A DNA stretch of 64,000 nucleotides. Source: Octopus bimaculoides. Taxonomy: Eukaryota. The notes under the pieces were generated by a model, which saw only the letters and a program-made list of their open reading frames with translations, made no database searches and had not been told where the DNA came from. The stretch lies in assembly GCF_001194135.2 (NCBI RefSeq), contig NC_068990.1:16471103-16535102 (forward strand). Reading direction: 5' to 3'. Position numbers and translations under genes: made by a program. Below, one piece after another: positions 1 to 11,857 of the stretch (its first letter is position 1; every line of letters starts with the position of its first letter).

Positions 1-573
1 CAAAATAATCATGTGGTGAAATTGCAGTAATTTAGGGCATTTTTCAGGAAAGTTACATTATCTTATGTTATTTTTTCACTTAAACTAGCAGTCAGCACAT
101 CTTTTCATATCTCCATGACTGTGTTGTTAGATATATCCTTCCTTCTTTAAAGTGCAAGAGTGTAATTTGAGGAGATGTAGTTGCAATTTCTAACAGGTTG
201 TGATGTCATAGACACTGCCTCATTGGCCTTATAGTTCTGGTAGGTTGTTGGGATGGGTATTTAAGATGATTATTGGTATTTCTTTAGGAATAACACCCAC
301 CAATAAATTACCTACTTCCAAATGAGTGGCAAACTCAGATTAAACAACTTCACTATGCTACAGTGAACCAGGTTAAACTACACCAAAAAGGTTTTATTGA
401 ATTTAGTGTGAACAATGGATTAACAACTCATTACATTCATTAATTATTCCAGGCTTACAGCCTAGGATTTCAGGTGTTTCTCTGCAGCATAAATTACAAC
501 TGCCTCCACCCCTTTATATGGAAATGCTGTCCATATAATTGACTACAAAATCTGACACAGAAATTAGAAATTA

Positions 574-670
574 GGCGAGGAGCTTGCGACGACGACGGCG
601 GCAGCGGAACAGCGCGCGACTGCCGAAGCCCGTCTTCTGCGGTTAGGGTTAGGGTTAGGGTTAGGGTTAG
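574..670. repeat. GC/CpG-rich 67-bp segment directly fused to interstitial telomeric repeat (GGTTAG)5
   Basis: 574-640 is 48/67 G+C in an AT-rich background; 641-670 is five perfect GGTTAG units. Confidence 0.9.
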
Positions 671-973
671 TATTCTTTATTGGGTGTTTGGTATTGGTAA
701 CTCAAAAAGTAATTACACATATAGTTACACATACTTGGTTCATTGGGTAATGAAGAATTATTGGTTATATTGTTACTAAAGCTATTAGTAAGAAGAGGCA
801 CAAAACCAGTTGTAATATTCATGTTAGATCAAGTTATATTATAAAAGATGAGTAAAAAACGGACAAGCTATTAGATAATTAGAATCCTGCATGTAATTCC
901 TAATGTTGTTTAATAATTAATTAATTATTAATAGTAACTATATTACCACCTACATTAGGAATGATAGGGTACT

Positions 974-2075
974 CATCATCATCATCATCATCATCGTTTA
1001 ACGTCCGCTTTCCATGCCAGCATGGGTTGGACGATTTGACTGAGGACTGGTGAAACCGGATGGCAACACCAGGCTCCAGTCTGATTTGGCAGAGTTTCTA
1101 CAGCTGGATGCCCTTCCTAACGCCAACCACTCAGAGAGTGTAGTGGGTGCTTTTACGTGTCACCCGCACGAAAACGGCCACGCTCGAAATGGTGTTTTTT
1201 ATGTGCCNNNNNNNNNNNNNNNNNNNNNNNNNNNNNNNNNNNNNNNNNNNNNNNNNNNNNNNNNNNNNNNNNNNNNNNNNNNNNNNNNNNNNNNNNNNNN
1301 NNNNNNNNNNNNNNNNNNNNNNNNNNNNNNNNNNNNNNNNNNNNNNNNNNNNNNNNNNNNNNNNNNNNNNNNNNNNNNNNNNNNNNNNNNNNNNNNNNNN
1401 NNNNNNNNNNNNNNNNNNNNNNNNNNNNNNNNNNNNNNNNNNNNNNNNNNNNNNNNNNNNNNNNNNNNNNNNNNNNNNNNNNNNNNNNNNNNNNNNNNNN
1501 NNNNNNNNNNNNNNNNNNNNNNNNNNNNNNNNNNNNNNNNNNNNNNNNNNNNNNNNNNNNNNNNNNNNNNNNNNNNNNNNNNNNNNNNNNNNNNNNNNNN
1601 NNNNNNNNNNNNNNNNNNNNNNNNNNNNNNNNNNNNNNNNNNNNNNNNNNNNNNNNNNNNNNNNNNNNNNNNNNNNNNNNNNNNNNNNNNNNNNNNNNNN
1701 NNNNNNNNNNNNNNNNNNNNNNNNNNNNNNNNNNNNNNNNNNCCTTGTGAGCTTACGTATGTCCTCAGCAGTTACAGCCCATGTTTCACTGCCATGTAGC
1801 ATGGTTGTTCGTACGCATGCGTCATACAGTCTGCCTTTTACTCTGAGTGAGAGTCCCTTTGTCGCCAGCAGGGGTAAGAGCTCTCTAAACTTTGCCCAGG
1901 CTATTCTTATTCTAGCAGCTACACTTTCAGCGCACCCACCCCCACTACTAACTTGGTCGCCCAGATAGCGGAAGCTATCGACTACCTCTAGTTTTTCACC
2001 CTGGAATGAGATAGAAGTTGTTTCCTGTTTGTTTGCAGTCTTTATTGCACCTGAACATCTGCTCATGAAGATAAA
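974..2075 (-). mobile_element. 5'-truncated RTE-clade LINE (RT C-terminal part, 3' UTR, (GAT)n tail); N gap inside
   Basis: ORF 1131-2066 encodes LEVVDSFRYLG...SLRVKGRLYDACVRTTMLHGSETW; (CAT)7 at 974-994 followed by the same 3' UTR seen at 26128, 32144 and 52975. Confidence 0.85.
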
Positions 2076-2399
2076 GATACACTTCCTTAGTTACCCATCA
2101 TCAGACCAATGATGTCTGGTAACTTGAAACTTCAAAGTCATTGTCACCCTTTTCTCTCTAAAATTAATAATTATGTACCCTGTTAAAAAGTATTGAGTAA
2201 TCCTTACAATTAATGTTAAATTGTTTTTGTATATAACTGGATATAAAAACCAATATTAACGTGTGTGTGTCTGTGTGTATGTGTGTGTAAACGGAGATGC
2301 TTCATTGTCTGGGACGTGTATTAAAAAGATATGATCACCTTAGAAAATGAAGATGGTGCGAAAGAAAGAAAATAATACATGAAGAAATCGAAAATGGTC

Positions 2400-3170
2400 A
2401 TGATATAGAGGTGTGTAAAGGAGAAAAAGTCAATGAAAAAGACAGACTGTATGAAGATGGGGTGGAGCTGATAGTATTGGCAGTGGGAAGGATAAACAAG
2501 ATAGAACTAAAAAGAAGAAAGGCCAAAAAAACAAACGTGAATGAATGTAAGAATGAGGATAAAGAAGAAAGTTTGAGGAGAAAAGCGACAAGAGGGAAAA
2601 AGTAGGAGTAGCAAGATAGTAATAAGAAAGTTATAAAAACAAATATGAAGAAGAAAATAAGATTATAGAAAAGTTAGGGAGGAGAGAGAAAGAACAGAGA
2701 TGGAGTTTGAGGAGACAGGCGAGAAAATGGAGAAATAATGGAGAGTGGGAGACAGAATGAGTGAAGTGAGAGGCAAAAGAGAGAAGAAGAGAATAGAATT
2801 AACAGAGAACTGAAAGAATAGGAGGAAAGAAAGAGTAAGAGAGACTGAGAAGGATGTAGAGGAGAGGAAAGAGGGGTGGAAGAGGAAGGAGAGGTGGAAG
2901 AGGAAGGAGAGGTGGAAGAGGAAGGAGAGGTGGAAGAGGGAGAGAGGAGGACTGAGAAAGACGGAGAAAACAAGATTAGTTCAGAAATGGTAGAATATGA
3001 GAAAATAAAAGAGAGAGGAGGAAGAAAAGGAGGAGTGAGAAAGGTGAAGAAAAGAAAGGAAAGAAACGAAAGAGAAGAGTAAACCTAGAAGAGAATATTA
3101 AGGAAGATGGACAGCGAAGATAGAAAGAGAGAAAGAAGTAGGCAACAGATTGAGACATGAAGAGTTGCTG
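2400..3170. repeat. Purine-rich (GA) low-complexity tract with an 18-bp tandem repeat (GTGGAAGAGGAAGGAGAG, ~3.6 copies, 2876-2940)
   Basis: Read directly from the sequence; explains the E/G/K-rich and S-rich spurious ORFs here. Confidence 0.85.
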
Positions 3171-3588
3171 TTTTGCTCCAAGTCGACCCAAACAGAGAAG
3201 ACTTATTAGTTAAAAGGGTATCAGCTGTAATCGTATATTCCTTTATTTTTCTACTTCAGACATAGTTTATCTAAGACGACATTAAACAACATGTTCTGTT
3301 TTTAAAACCGTAGAATTTCATTTGAGAGGGATTTGGCTACTACTTTTAGGAAATCGATCGACCATATAGCGATTCCACTCCTTTGTATCAGAGGAAGTTA
3401 AAAGTTTGTTGTTGTTTGTTTACTCTCCAAGTCGACCCTCATCGAAGATTCACTGGGCGTGCCATCCTCGTCTTGGATTCCACATCATTCTTCCTTTACT
3501 CAAACAATAATGTGGTTCGAAATAGATTTGGTTGTTATTTCTAGCAGGTGTCATCGACTGTATAGACCCACTTGTTGGTACATAAAAG

Positions 3589-3876
3589 GGTAAATTTTTT
3601 GAGTAACACCCGCACGATTTTCACTAAGGAAAAAAAAAAGAACGCGGATTTTTTGCGTAGAATCAAGTACCCTGACCTCCTAATATGCTGCAAATCCCTT
3701 ATTTTGGTTCGGAAAAAAGTGGGGACGGGAGTCCACCCTCGACCCCCTTTTTTCCGAACCAAAATAAGGGATTTGCAGCATATTAGGAGGTCAGGGTACT
3801 TGATTCCACGCAAAAAATCCGCGTTCTTTTTTTTTCCTTAGTGAAAATCGTGCGGGTATTACTCAAAAAATTTACC
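3589..3876. mobile_element. Fold-back MITE, Merlin-like (288 bp, ~131-bp TIRs, 8-bp TSD)
   Basis: Arms 3589-3719 and 3747-3876 are near-perfect reverse complements; termini GGTAA...TTACC; CATAAAAG is duplicated at 3581-3588 and 3877-3884. Confidence 0.85.
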
Positions 3877-4439
3877 CATAAAAGCATTCAGCTGTTGCTG
3901 TAATTGTTTTTGTTTAGTACTGGGTCAACTCTAATCAATTCNNNNNNNNNNTAGGGATACATTATTTAATATAACCTTTTTGAAGACGGTTGTGATATGA
4001 GGAAGATTGTGACTGCTATTTCCAAACCAATCGAACGGCCTCGGTGGTTCCTACGTGCACAAGATGCAAAGGAAACGAATTAGGTGAGGGCGGGAGACGA
4101 TGAAATATAAAAGAAACGACTGCAGGAACAGTGTGAGAAAGCAAGTTGACATGTAAGAGGTATATTTATGAGCAGAAAAGTAAACGAGGAAACAATAAAA
4201 CAGCAGCAGAAACGCTGTACGTGTGTCAGTATATCATGTCGAACAGCAGTTCTTGTTGAAGTTAGGAATTTAAAACAGCAACTTACTTAAATTGCACACG
4301 TGGGTTTATAATATATGTACGTGGATCAATTATATACAATTTATATACGCACTGGGAGAAAAGATAGGCCGAGACTTAACCTGCCTGAAACGCCTGGATA
4401 AATACTTCATGAAATAATTCGTTAAAAAAATTCCGATTT

Positions 4440-4849
4440 AAACAAATAATGGTTAAAAATAATTCATCGGAAATAGTAAACATTTCTCCATTATTTAAAC
4501 TTCATTAATCAGGGAACAAATTCGGCACCTGGCAATATTCTAAAATCGCTTTATTTAAAAACACAGCTGGTTCTTGTGAAATAGTTTGCAATAATAATAG
4601 AGAAAAGGAAAGAAAATACATATTTCAGTTAGTAATGATTACAAAATTAATTTATCGGAAATATTAAAACATTCTGTTTAATTATTTAATTTGCACTTAA
4701 TTACAAGCTGGTTGTGTAAAAAAAAAAAAAAAATTGTGTTATCGACTTAAACAGGGAACGAACTCGGCACCTGGCAGCTAACTAAATTTGCTTCATTACA
4801 TGATATGGCTGGTTATCTTTAACGCTTTCATTTATCTAATTTTTGAACT
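4440..4849 (+). promoter_or_regulatory. Candidate promoter / non-coding first exon of the MFS transporter gene
   Basis: Degenerate ~240-bp duplication with a conserved 25-mer (4510-4534, 4752-4776), followed by a consensus donor GTGAGT at 4850-4855. No transcript evidence available. Confidence 0.3.
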
Positions 4850-6146
4850 GTGAGTATTTATTTTTTATTTATATTATTTTTAAAGTGTTTTCGATAGTTG
4901 CTGCTGCTTGTGGTTAATACTGAAATCGTAGTGGTCGGTCACGTTTATTTGACAATGAGCTTTAAAAATAGGAAAGAAAGAAAATGCTACTTGAAGTAGA
5001 GAGAAAAACGGTAAAATGTGCTTGTGGTTAAAAACTTAACTATATATTTTCTCTAACATATTTTTTCTACCATATTGCGAACTTATTATACAATACGGAT
5101 TAAACATTTCTCAGTGAAGGTATGGAATTTAGTTAAGTATATCTTCGTGTATTTATTTATCAAGAGATATTTTTTGGAGTTAGATGTTTACATTTAATGG
5201 TTTATGGATTTTAAAACTGGAGGAGAAAGAGTTTACACGTAATTGGACATTCTCAGTGGCAAGTACTTGTTACGTTTACCGTTTGCTCTTTCGTTCCCAT
5301 CAAACTATTTTTCTCTTTCGTTTCTTGTATATGAAATCTCCCAGTTTACACTTAGATCCGCTTCGATTTCTTCGCAGCATTTTTTTTTTATCAACACATA
5401 CAAATAAACAAACAGTTAATAAGTAGGAAGTGGTTGTTATTTTGTGTTCGTTATAGAATGCTAGAAACACACCCACGAATTGTATGTGTGTGTGTGTACA
5501 TGTTTTCACACACACACACACACACACTGGCACACACATACTCCCGCTCTATTATGTGTACTGAAGCACAAATATATATNNNNNNNNNNTGTGTGTGTTT
5601 TGAGAGAGCTTTTTTTTATCTAGCAATTACAAAGTTATTTTAAGAGCAAAACAGGCAATATTAACCAGCTATTCTTTTCTAACAACTTTTCATTTGTCTA
5701 TCTCGTAAACATCTAGCGTGTTACTCAGTTGAGAACACAGATTTAGTGGTAAGACGGTTTGACGTCTATTTTTAGCATACAAGGGATCCATATAGTGATC
5801 TTTCATACGTTGTATCATATAGATATTGTGATACGTGTGTCAATGAATTACAGTGACTCGAGGACTCAGAGTTTCGCGCCAAGATACCAAAGTCTTCAGA
5901 ATAAAAAAAACTTTTCCTCGTTTGTAAAATCGAACTTGCGTATAATTTTACACTCAAATACACATTCATTCACACATATAAATACGCGTACATGCTCACA
6001 GAATCGCACACATGCATACACACGTACAAACACACACACATATACGTACGCACATGCACACAAATGCTCTCTTATACCTCTACATATCCATAACTTCAAC
6101 AGTCAGCTGTGGGACAACTTTCGATACTGCACATCAAAGTAGGGAG

Positions 6147-6272
6147 GGGCAATCCTTCGGTATTGGTGGACACTTTCATCCACACAACTTTTCTTCGTGA
6201 CATAAAAAGGTTAGGCTGAAAAAGAAGTGAATGCCCTCGTTTTCTCTGTATAATAATACCGAAGGATCGCCC
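6147..6272. repeat. 18-bp inverted repeat (17/18 match) separated by 90 nt
   Basis: GGGCAATCCTTCGGTATT at 6147-6164 versus AATACCGAAGGATCGCCC at 6255-6272. Confidence 0.7.
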
Positions 6273-7029
6273 TGTGAACGGTAACGGCTTACGATTTTCT
6301 TTTTGGGGAGTGGGCACTTACTCGGTGCCGCCCAAAAGCATGGGCACAGTAGTTACTAGGGAGGAAGAGGAATGGGTCACAGGGCCTTGCGCTAGTCAAT
6401 GCTGTAACTTACTGTCAGTAAGTAAATACTATAGGCTTCCTGGGCATTGCTTTGTCCATTAGGTTATATTACAGTAGAAACGGTCCTGGGGTTGCTCACC
6501 AACTTCTTACAGGCTCATACCATTCCACGGATCTCACTTTAAATGTGAAATCCATGGTTTTCGTGGGTTTTTTTTTAATGTGTTTTTGATCAAAACCGTC
6601 AGAAATCTCTGCTGTGTGTGTGTTGGGGGGGGGGGAGTAAATAACAATAACAACTAAGGTTAATGTCATCATTTATAACTTTTATAGAGCAATCTCACTG
6701 AAATGAAATTTTGTAATAGCAGTATCCCATCGTTCAGTCTAAATATCGATTATTTTAATTATTCCCAAATTGAATGTAGCTAATTTAATTGGAATTTGAA
6801 TGAGCAGATGTTTTTGATTGAATTTCATTTTACTGTATCACTTAATGAACTTAGGAATTAGATGTGTCAGGAATTGAACATAACGTATTTGCCGGCGTAT
6901 AAGAGGCTCCCCTATTTTATGTCTAAGTTATTGAAAAAACAAATTTAGTATGTTTCATCATAGACTCACTATACGAAGTTGAACCAAAAGTTTTTTCGTA
7001 TTTCAAGCTGTAATTAATAGTTCAGACAA

Positions 7030-8160
7030 ATTCCATACGAATAGCGTTTATTCATCAAAATATATCCCATCATATTCTTTTCTAATCTAGGCATAAGGCC
7101 CGGAATTTTGGGGGAGGGGGGGCAGTCGATTAGATCTACCAGAGTACGTAACTGGTACTTAATTTAACGACCCCGAAAAGATGAAAGGCAAAGTCGACTT
7201 CGGCGGAATTTGAACTCAGAACGTAAAGACAGACGAAATACCGCTAAGCCTTTCGCCCGGCGTGCTAACGTTTCTGCCAGCTCGCCGCCTTTATATCCCA
7301 TCTTATTCTATTGTTTATTGCCATCGTTGTGTCCAAACAGAAACTCAATTCCATTTTGCTGGTTTAACGGCAAAAAAACTCTCTACATCAATTTTGACCT
7401 CACCCACATTGTTAAACCTCCGTCCGTCCAGGAAAGAGCCATGGCTCGGAAAAGATTGTAATCTGATGGTGCAAGGTCTGAACTGTAAGCAAGGCGAGGC
7501 AGCACTTCCCAACCCCTCAAGTTTGCGCTTGGTTTCATTTGCAGTGTGCGCTGAGGCACCTAACACCCAACATGACCTTCTGTTCAAACTGCCCTTGTTT
7601 GACAACAGGTTCTAAAGCCCGACCGAAACGAAGTCACCGATTTCTCTTATTAGGATTACGAAAATATTCATTTTCATCCTCAGTTACAATGTGACGTCCA
7701 AAATGGGCGTCTCGTGAATTTGTCAGCACTTGCTTGCAAATGTTCACACATCGTTGAACATGTCATTGATCAGTTCATGAGGAGTCTCGACAGCGTGTGT
7801 TCACCAGACCAAGCTTATGGAGGTTGTCGATTGATAGTGTTTTGTAAAAGGACTAAGCTCTGTACGAGTGTTTGTGCTTGGCTGTTGTTCAACTATTTCA
7901 AGCAAGACCTCGCCTTCCATAAGTTTTCTCTGGCCTTGGTTTGTCTTCGAGGCTGGTGTCACACGTTTGTTGGTAGTACTTGGGCCTTCCATATTAATTT
8001 CTTTTGCCACTACCCTTGCATTCAGTCCTTTTTTCCCTCATATACAGCGTAAAATGGTTCTAATTGAAATTTTTTCATCATTCATTATCAAAGCTGTAAA
8101 ATAAATAATGCTTATGTTATATATGAAAATAAAGAATAAACAATTCTGCAACGATTGGAC
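7030..8160 (-). mobile_element. Degenerate mariner (Tc1/mariner) transposon, interrupted by a SINE
   Basis: Frameshifted - strand translation gives MNDEKISIRTILRC, DTSLEDKPRP, PHEL, IVTEDE, HTANETKRKLE and EVLPRLAYSSDLAPSDYNLFRAM (mariner YSPDLAPSD motif), then RRFNNVGEVKIDVESFF. TIR pair not resolved. Confidence 0.85.
7085..7290 (-). mobile_element. tRNA-derived SINE (family with the ...GAGGTCGACTTTGCCTTTCATCCTTTCGGGGTCG... core)
   Basis: Reverse complement of the copies at 8873-9400. Confidence 0.75.
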
Positions 8161-8872
8161 AAGTTGTATCAAATTAATGATATAACATGGAGATACAAGT
8201 TGCCAAAAATCCTCAGTGAAAATTCGAAAAAACTTTTGACTCAACCTGGTGAGATAATTTGAAGTGGATTTTCTTGGTGGAAATACATGCTCCTGTACAT
8301 GTAAATACACAGATTATTGTGACGATATACTGGAATAAAGTATGAAACCATAAATTTATAATAAACTTATTTCAGATCGAGTGTATAGTTCATACTTTGG
8401 TCAAGAGGGTTGCTATCCTGTAAATCTAAGGCTGTGATCTGGGTAACCGCGGTAGGCTGAGTGGCGTATCTCCGCACTTTTGCTGAAAATTTAACGTCTT
8501 TCATCCTTCTAGAAGAATTGATTTAAATAATTAAAAAAAAATTTGTTTCTTAAAGATAACATAAGACATTTTAGTAGTGAATTATGTATGCTGAGGAGGG
8601 AGGTATAATTGGGATGATGCCCCCCCCCCCGCTGTCACTGCCAACACACCGTTAGCAATTTCTCGCAAGTTTGTGCAATGAGACTACGATAATTTGGTCT
8701 GTTTTCAATATTTTATTATTTGTAANNNNNNNNNNNNNNNNNNNNNNNNNNNNNNNNNNNNNNNNNNNNNNNNNNNNNNNNNNNNNNNNNNNNNNNNNNN
8801 NNNNNNNNNNNNNNNNNNNNNNNNNNNNNNNNNNNNNNNNNNNNNNNNNNNNNNNNNNNNNNNNNNNNNNNN

Positions 8873-9400
8873 TGCCGTTACGTTCTGAGTTCAAATTCCG
8901 CCGAGGTCGACTTTGCCTTTCATCCTTTCGGGGTCGATAAATTAAGTACCAGTTACGCACTGGGGTCGATGTAATCGACTTAATCCGTTCGTCTGTTCTT
9001 GGTTGTTCCCTCTATGTTTAGCCTCTTGTGGGCAATAACGAAATAGGTATTTCCTTCTGAGTTCAAATTCCGCCGAGGTCGACTTCGCCTTTCATCCTTT
9101 CGGGGGTCGATTAAATAAGTACCAGTTACGTACTGAGGTCGGTGCAATTGACTTAATCCCTTTGTCTGTTCTTGTTTGTCCCCTTTACGTTTAGCCCCTT
9201 GTGGGCAATAAAGAAATATTTTGTTATTAGTAAGGTGGCGTGCTGGCAGCATCGTCAACGCGTTGGATAAAATGCTTAGCGGCATTTCTTTCAATTTTAC
9301 GTTCTGAGTTGAAATGCTGCCGGTGTCGACTTTGCCTCCCATAATTTTGGGGTCCATAAAATAAGTACCAGTTGAGCACTGGGATCGGTGTAATCGACCC
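8873..9400 (+). mobile_element. Three tandem/adjacent copies of the same SINE family
   Basis: The block GTTCTGAGTTCAAATTCCGCCGAGGTCGACT...AAGTACCAG recurs at ~8880, ~9050 and ~9300. Confidence 0.8.
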
Positions 9401-10242
9401 CCCCCCCTCTATCCTACGTCACTTGGTTTCCTATCCACGATATGGCTGCATTGGACATAGGGCAATTTTTGTACCCATATCCAAATGTACCAATTAAAAA
9501 ATAAATAAATCATAAAACGCCCTATATGCCAGGAAATGTAGCAGGCCAAAACTAAAAGTTAGATTGTAGTTGTTTGATATTGATCTTAGCCATAAGGCTG
9601 AGAAGCATTAGATTGTAGTTGTTTAACCTCATTAATACATTGATAAACATTTTATGTAAAACATTGCAATGAGGGTGGGGAGAGCTAAACTACAATACCT
9701 TAAAAAAGAAGACACCCTATTGATCTCACGACTCCAGAGGTATGAAATAAAAAGAACCTGACATGATTTGAATTCAAAATTAATAAAGCAGCTACTATAT
9801 ATGCCAGTTTTTCTTTGGCCCTTTGCAATAAATTAGTTTTTGCTTTTTATTTTACTTTTTTTTAAGGGATCGGGGTTTTTTTTTTTTTTTTTTTTTTTTT
9901 TTCTGCAGGAAATGGCTAAAATAATTTGAAACAACCCAAATCTTAGATGTTTCAACCAAAGTTGGCCCACGCTGTCTTAGTCACGCCACCTGACAGTCAT
10001 TTTTAAGCTAAATTTTGTTGTTGCATAGTCCATCCAAATAGGGATGTATCTAGATATAGGCGATTTGGTTGATATCCTTCAAAGAAATTTAGCTAGTTAT
10101 TGTTTGAAGGTTATAGGATGTCTTTCTTTGATTTGTTTTGATGCCATTAAATAGAACAGCCTGTTGAGGAAGAGTAATTGTGTGGCAATGTGATTATGTG
10201 TTAGCACTGTTTTTCTTTTTTATATATAATTTTGTCCTGATA

Positions 10243-10565
10243 AAACTGGCACTCCATCTGCATCAGTTACGATGATGAGTGTTCTAGTTGCTATGATCGA
10301 TGGAACAGCCTGCTCGTGAAATTAACGTGTAAGTGGCTGAACACTCCACAGACACTTAACTTAGTTCTCAGGAAGGTTCAGTGTAACACAGAATGTGACA
10401 AGGCTGACCCTTGAAAATACAGGTACCATTCATTTCTGCCACCTGAATGGACTGAAGCAATGTGAAATGAAGTGCCTTGCTCAAGGACACAATGTGCCAC
10501 TGGGGATTGAACTCACAACTTTACGATTGTGAGCTGAATACCCCAACCACTAAGACCTGCACCTT
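10243..10565 (-). mobile_element. tRNA-derived SINE, CORE-like family
   Basis: On the - strand: A-box-like head, GTTCAATCC B-box-like motif, then GTGTCCTTGAGCAAGGCAC; related copies at 22765-23085 and 40640-40890. Confidence 0.7.
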
Positions 10566-10859
10566 CACAAACCACTTATAAAAGGGGTGGGGGAAGATCC
10601 AAACTTCATTTAAATTCATTTATCTATATCATCTATACATATATTCTGAATCTATAAAGCAATTAGTCTGATTCACTAAAGTTGGCTCCAGTTCTCTTGC
10701 CATTTACAATATTAATTTTTTAAGGCATACACATTTACAAGGAAATAGGAAAAGAAATTAGTGACCTGTTAATTTAATTTGTAGATAAAGTTATCAGTAT
10801 GTTTCACTGCACATCCTAGTACCTTCCACTCCATGTTGTATCTTTTGATATTGATTTTT

Positions 10860-11850
10860 TTTTTCATTACTAACTAACCCATCAGTGATATCAAATTTCC
10901 CGGAAATATCATGTCCAAACCCTTTCTAGCATACCTCTGCAACTTTTCATGATTTCTTCAAGCTATTTTGAAATTTTAACTTCTGTCATATATTGCTTTC
11001 TTCTATCTTGCCGATTAGTTGCAGTTTCATCTCAGTCCTTTTCTGACATGTTTCTATGTAATCTTTGAACCTCAGCTTAGGTTTATGAGGTGGATGCTTG
11101 CCATTCCTCAGCTCACCACACTGGAGTTACTTCAGTGTCTTACTGTCCTCCATTCTCACTAAGTGACCTATTCATTGGAGCTGCAAAATGATTGACTCAC
11201 TACTTCTTTCAAGGACCTCAACATCACTCACATACATTTTCCAGCATAGGTTCAAGATATGACATACACACTACTGCTGGAAGTGCTCCAGTCGTTTCAG
11301 GTGCTTTCTATGTCTCACAAATGTACAACAGGGAGGACAAAACCCATGTTATATAAATCTTCACTTTAGTATCAGGAGAGCTATGATGTTGAAACCACAG
11401 GTGCTTTTCCAACTTTCTGAAAGTGTCACTTTCGCTGATTCTTAGCAAGATTTCATTTTCAAGGGTGCATTGTAAACTAAGGGCACTGCCTAGATACACA
11501 AGCTTGTTGACAACTTCTAATCATACATTCTTATATCTGGTTCTAAGTATGTCCCTCCTGGTGCAGGCTGATATAAGACAAGTCTTTTTAAGACTTATTG
11601 TCGGGCCTAGTATAGAATAAGCATTGGAGAAAGTTTCCATATGTTGCATGGTTTCTTGAATGTGAGTAAAGAGATCAGTCATCTGCATTGAGAAATTCTC
11701 TTACAATGAGGGCATGACTTTTGAGTTTGTACTGATGCATCTTGTGTTGAAAAGTTTCCCAGATTTATGAAACCTGATATATATTCTATATGGACACTCA
11801 CTAAAAGCCACATATGCATGCGATGGCTTTCATGCAGTTTACCTCGACCA
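10860..11850 (-). mobile_element. Decayed RTE/BovB-like LINE, RT C-terminal half
   Basis: - strand translation includes EFLNADD (YADD equivalent), GPTISLKKT and YLGSALSLQCTLENEILLRI...TKVKIY...VLSSLLYICET. Confidence 0.75.
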
Positions 11851-11857
11851 GATCCCC

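Noticed and set aside
452-537. Possible terminal exon of an upstream gene (...LQPRISGVSLQHKLQLPPPLYMEMLSI*) after TTATTCCAG
   Set aside because: Short, weak pyrimidine tract, no recognisable family, and no partner exons in the window.
641-670. The telomerase RNA gene itself
   Set aside because: Five full repeats far exceed a normal ~1.5-repeat template, and no pseudoknot triple helix or H/ACA domain is visible. Retained only as a possible derived copy.
1050-1968. Long ORFs in the track spanning N runs (also ~8.7k, 23.1-23.9k, 44.2-45.1k, 58.2k)
   Set aside because: Artefacts of assembly gaps translated as X.
2411-3191. E/K/G-rich and S/L-rich ORFs (also 12765-13367, 20545-21250, 62263-62484)
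   Set aside because: Translations of low-complexity repeats, with no splice or domain support.
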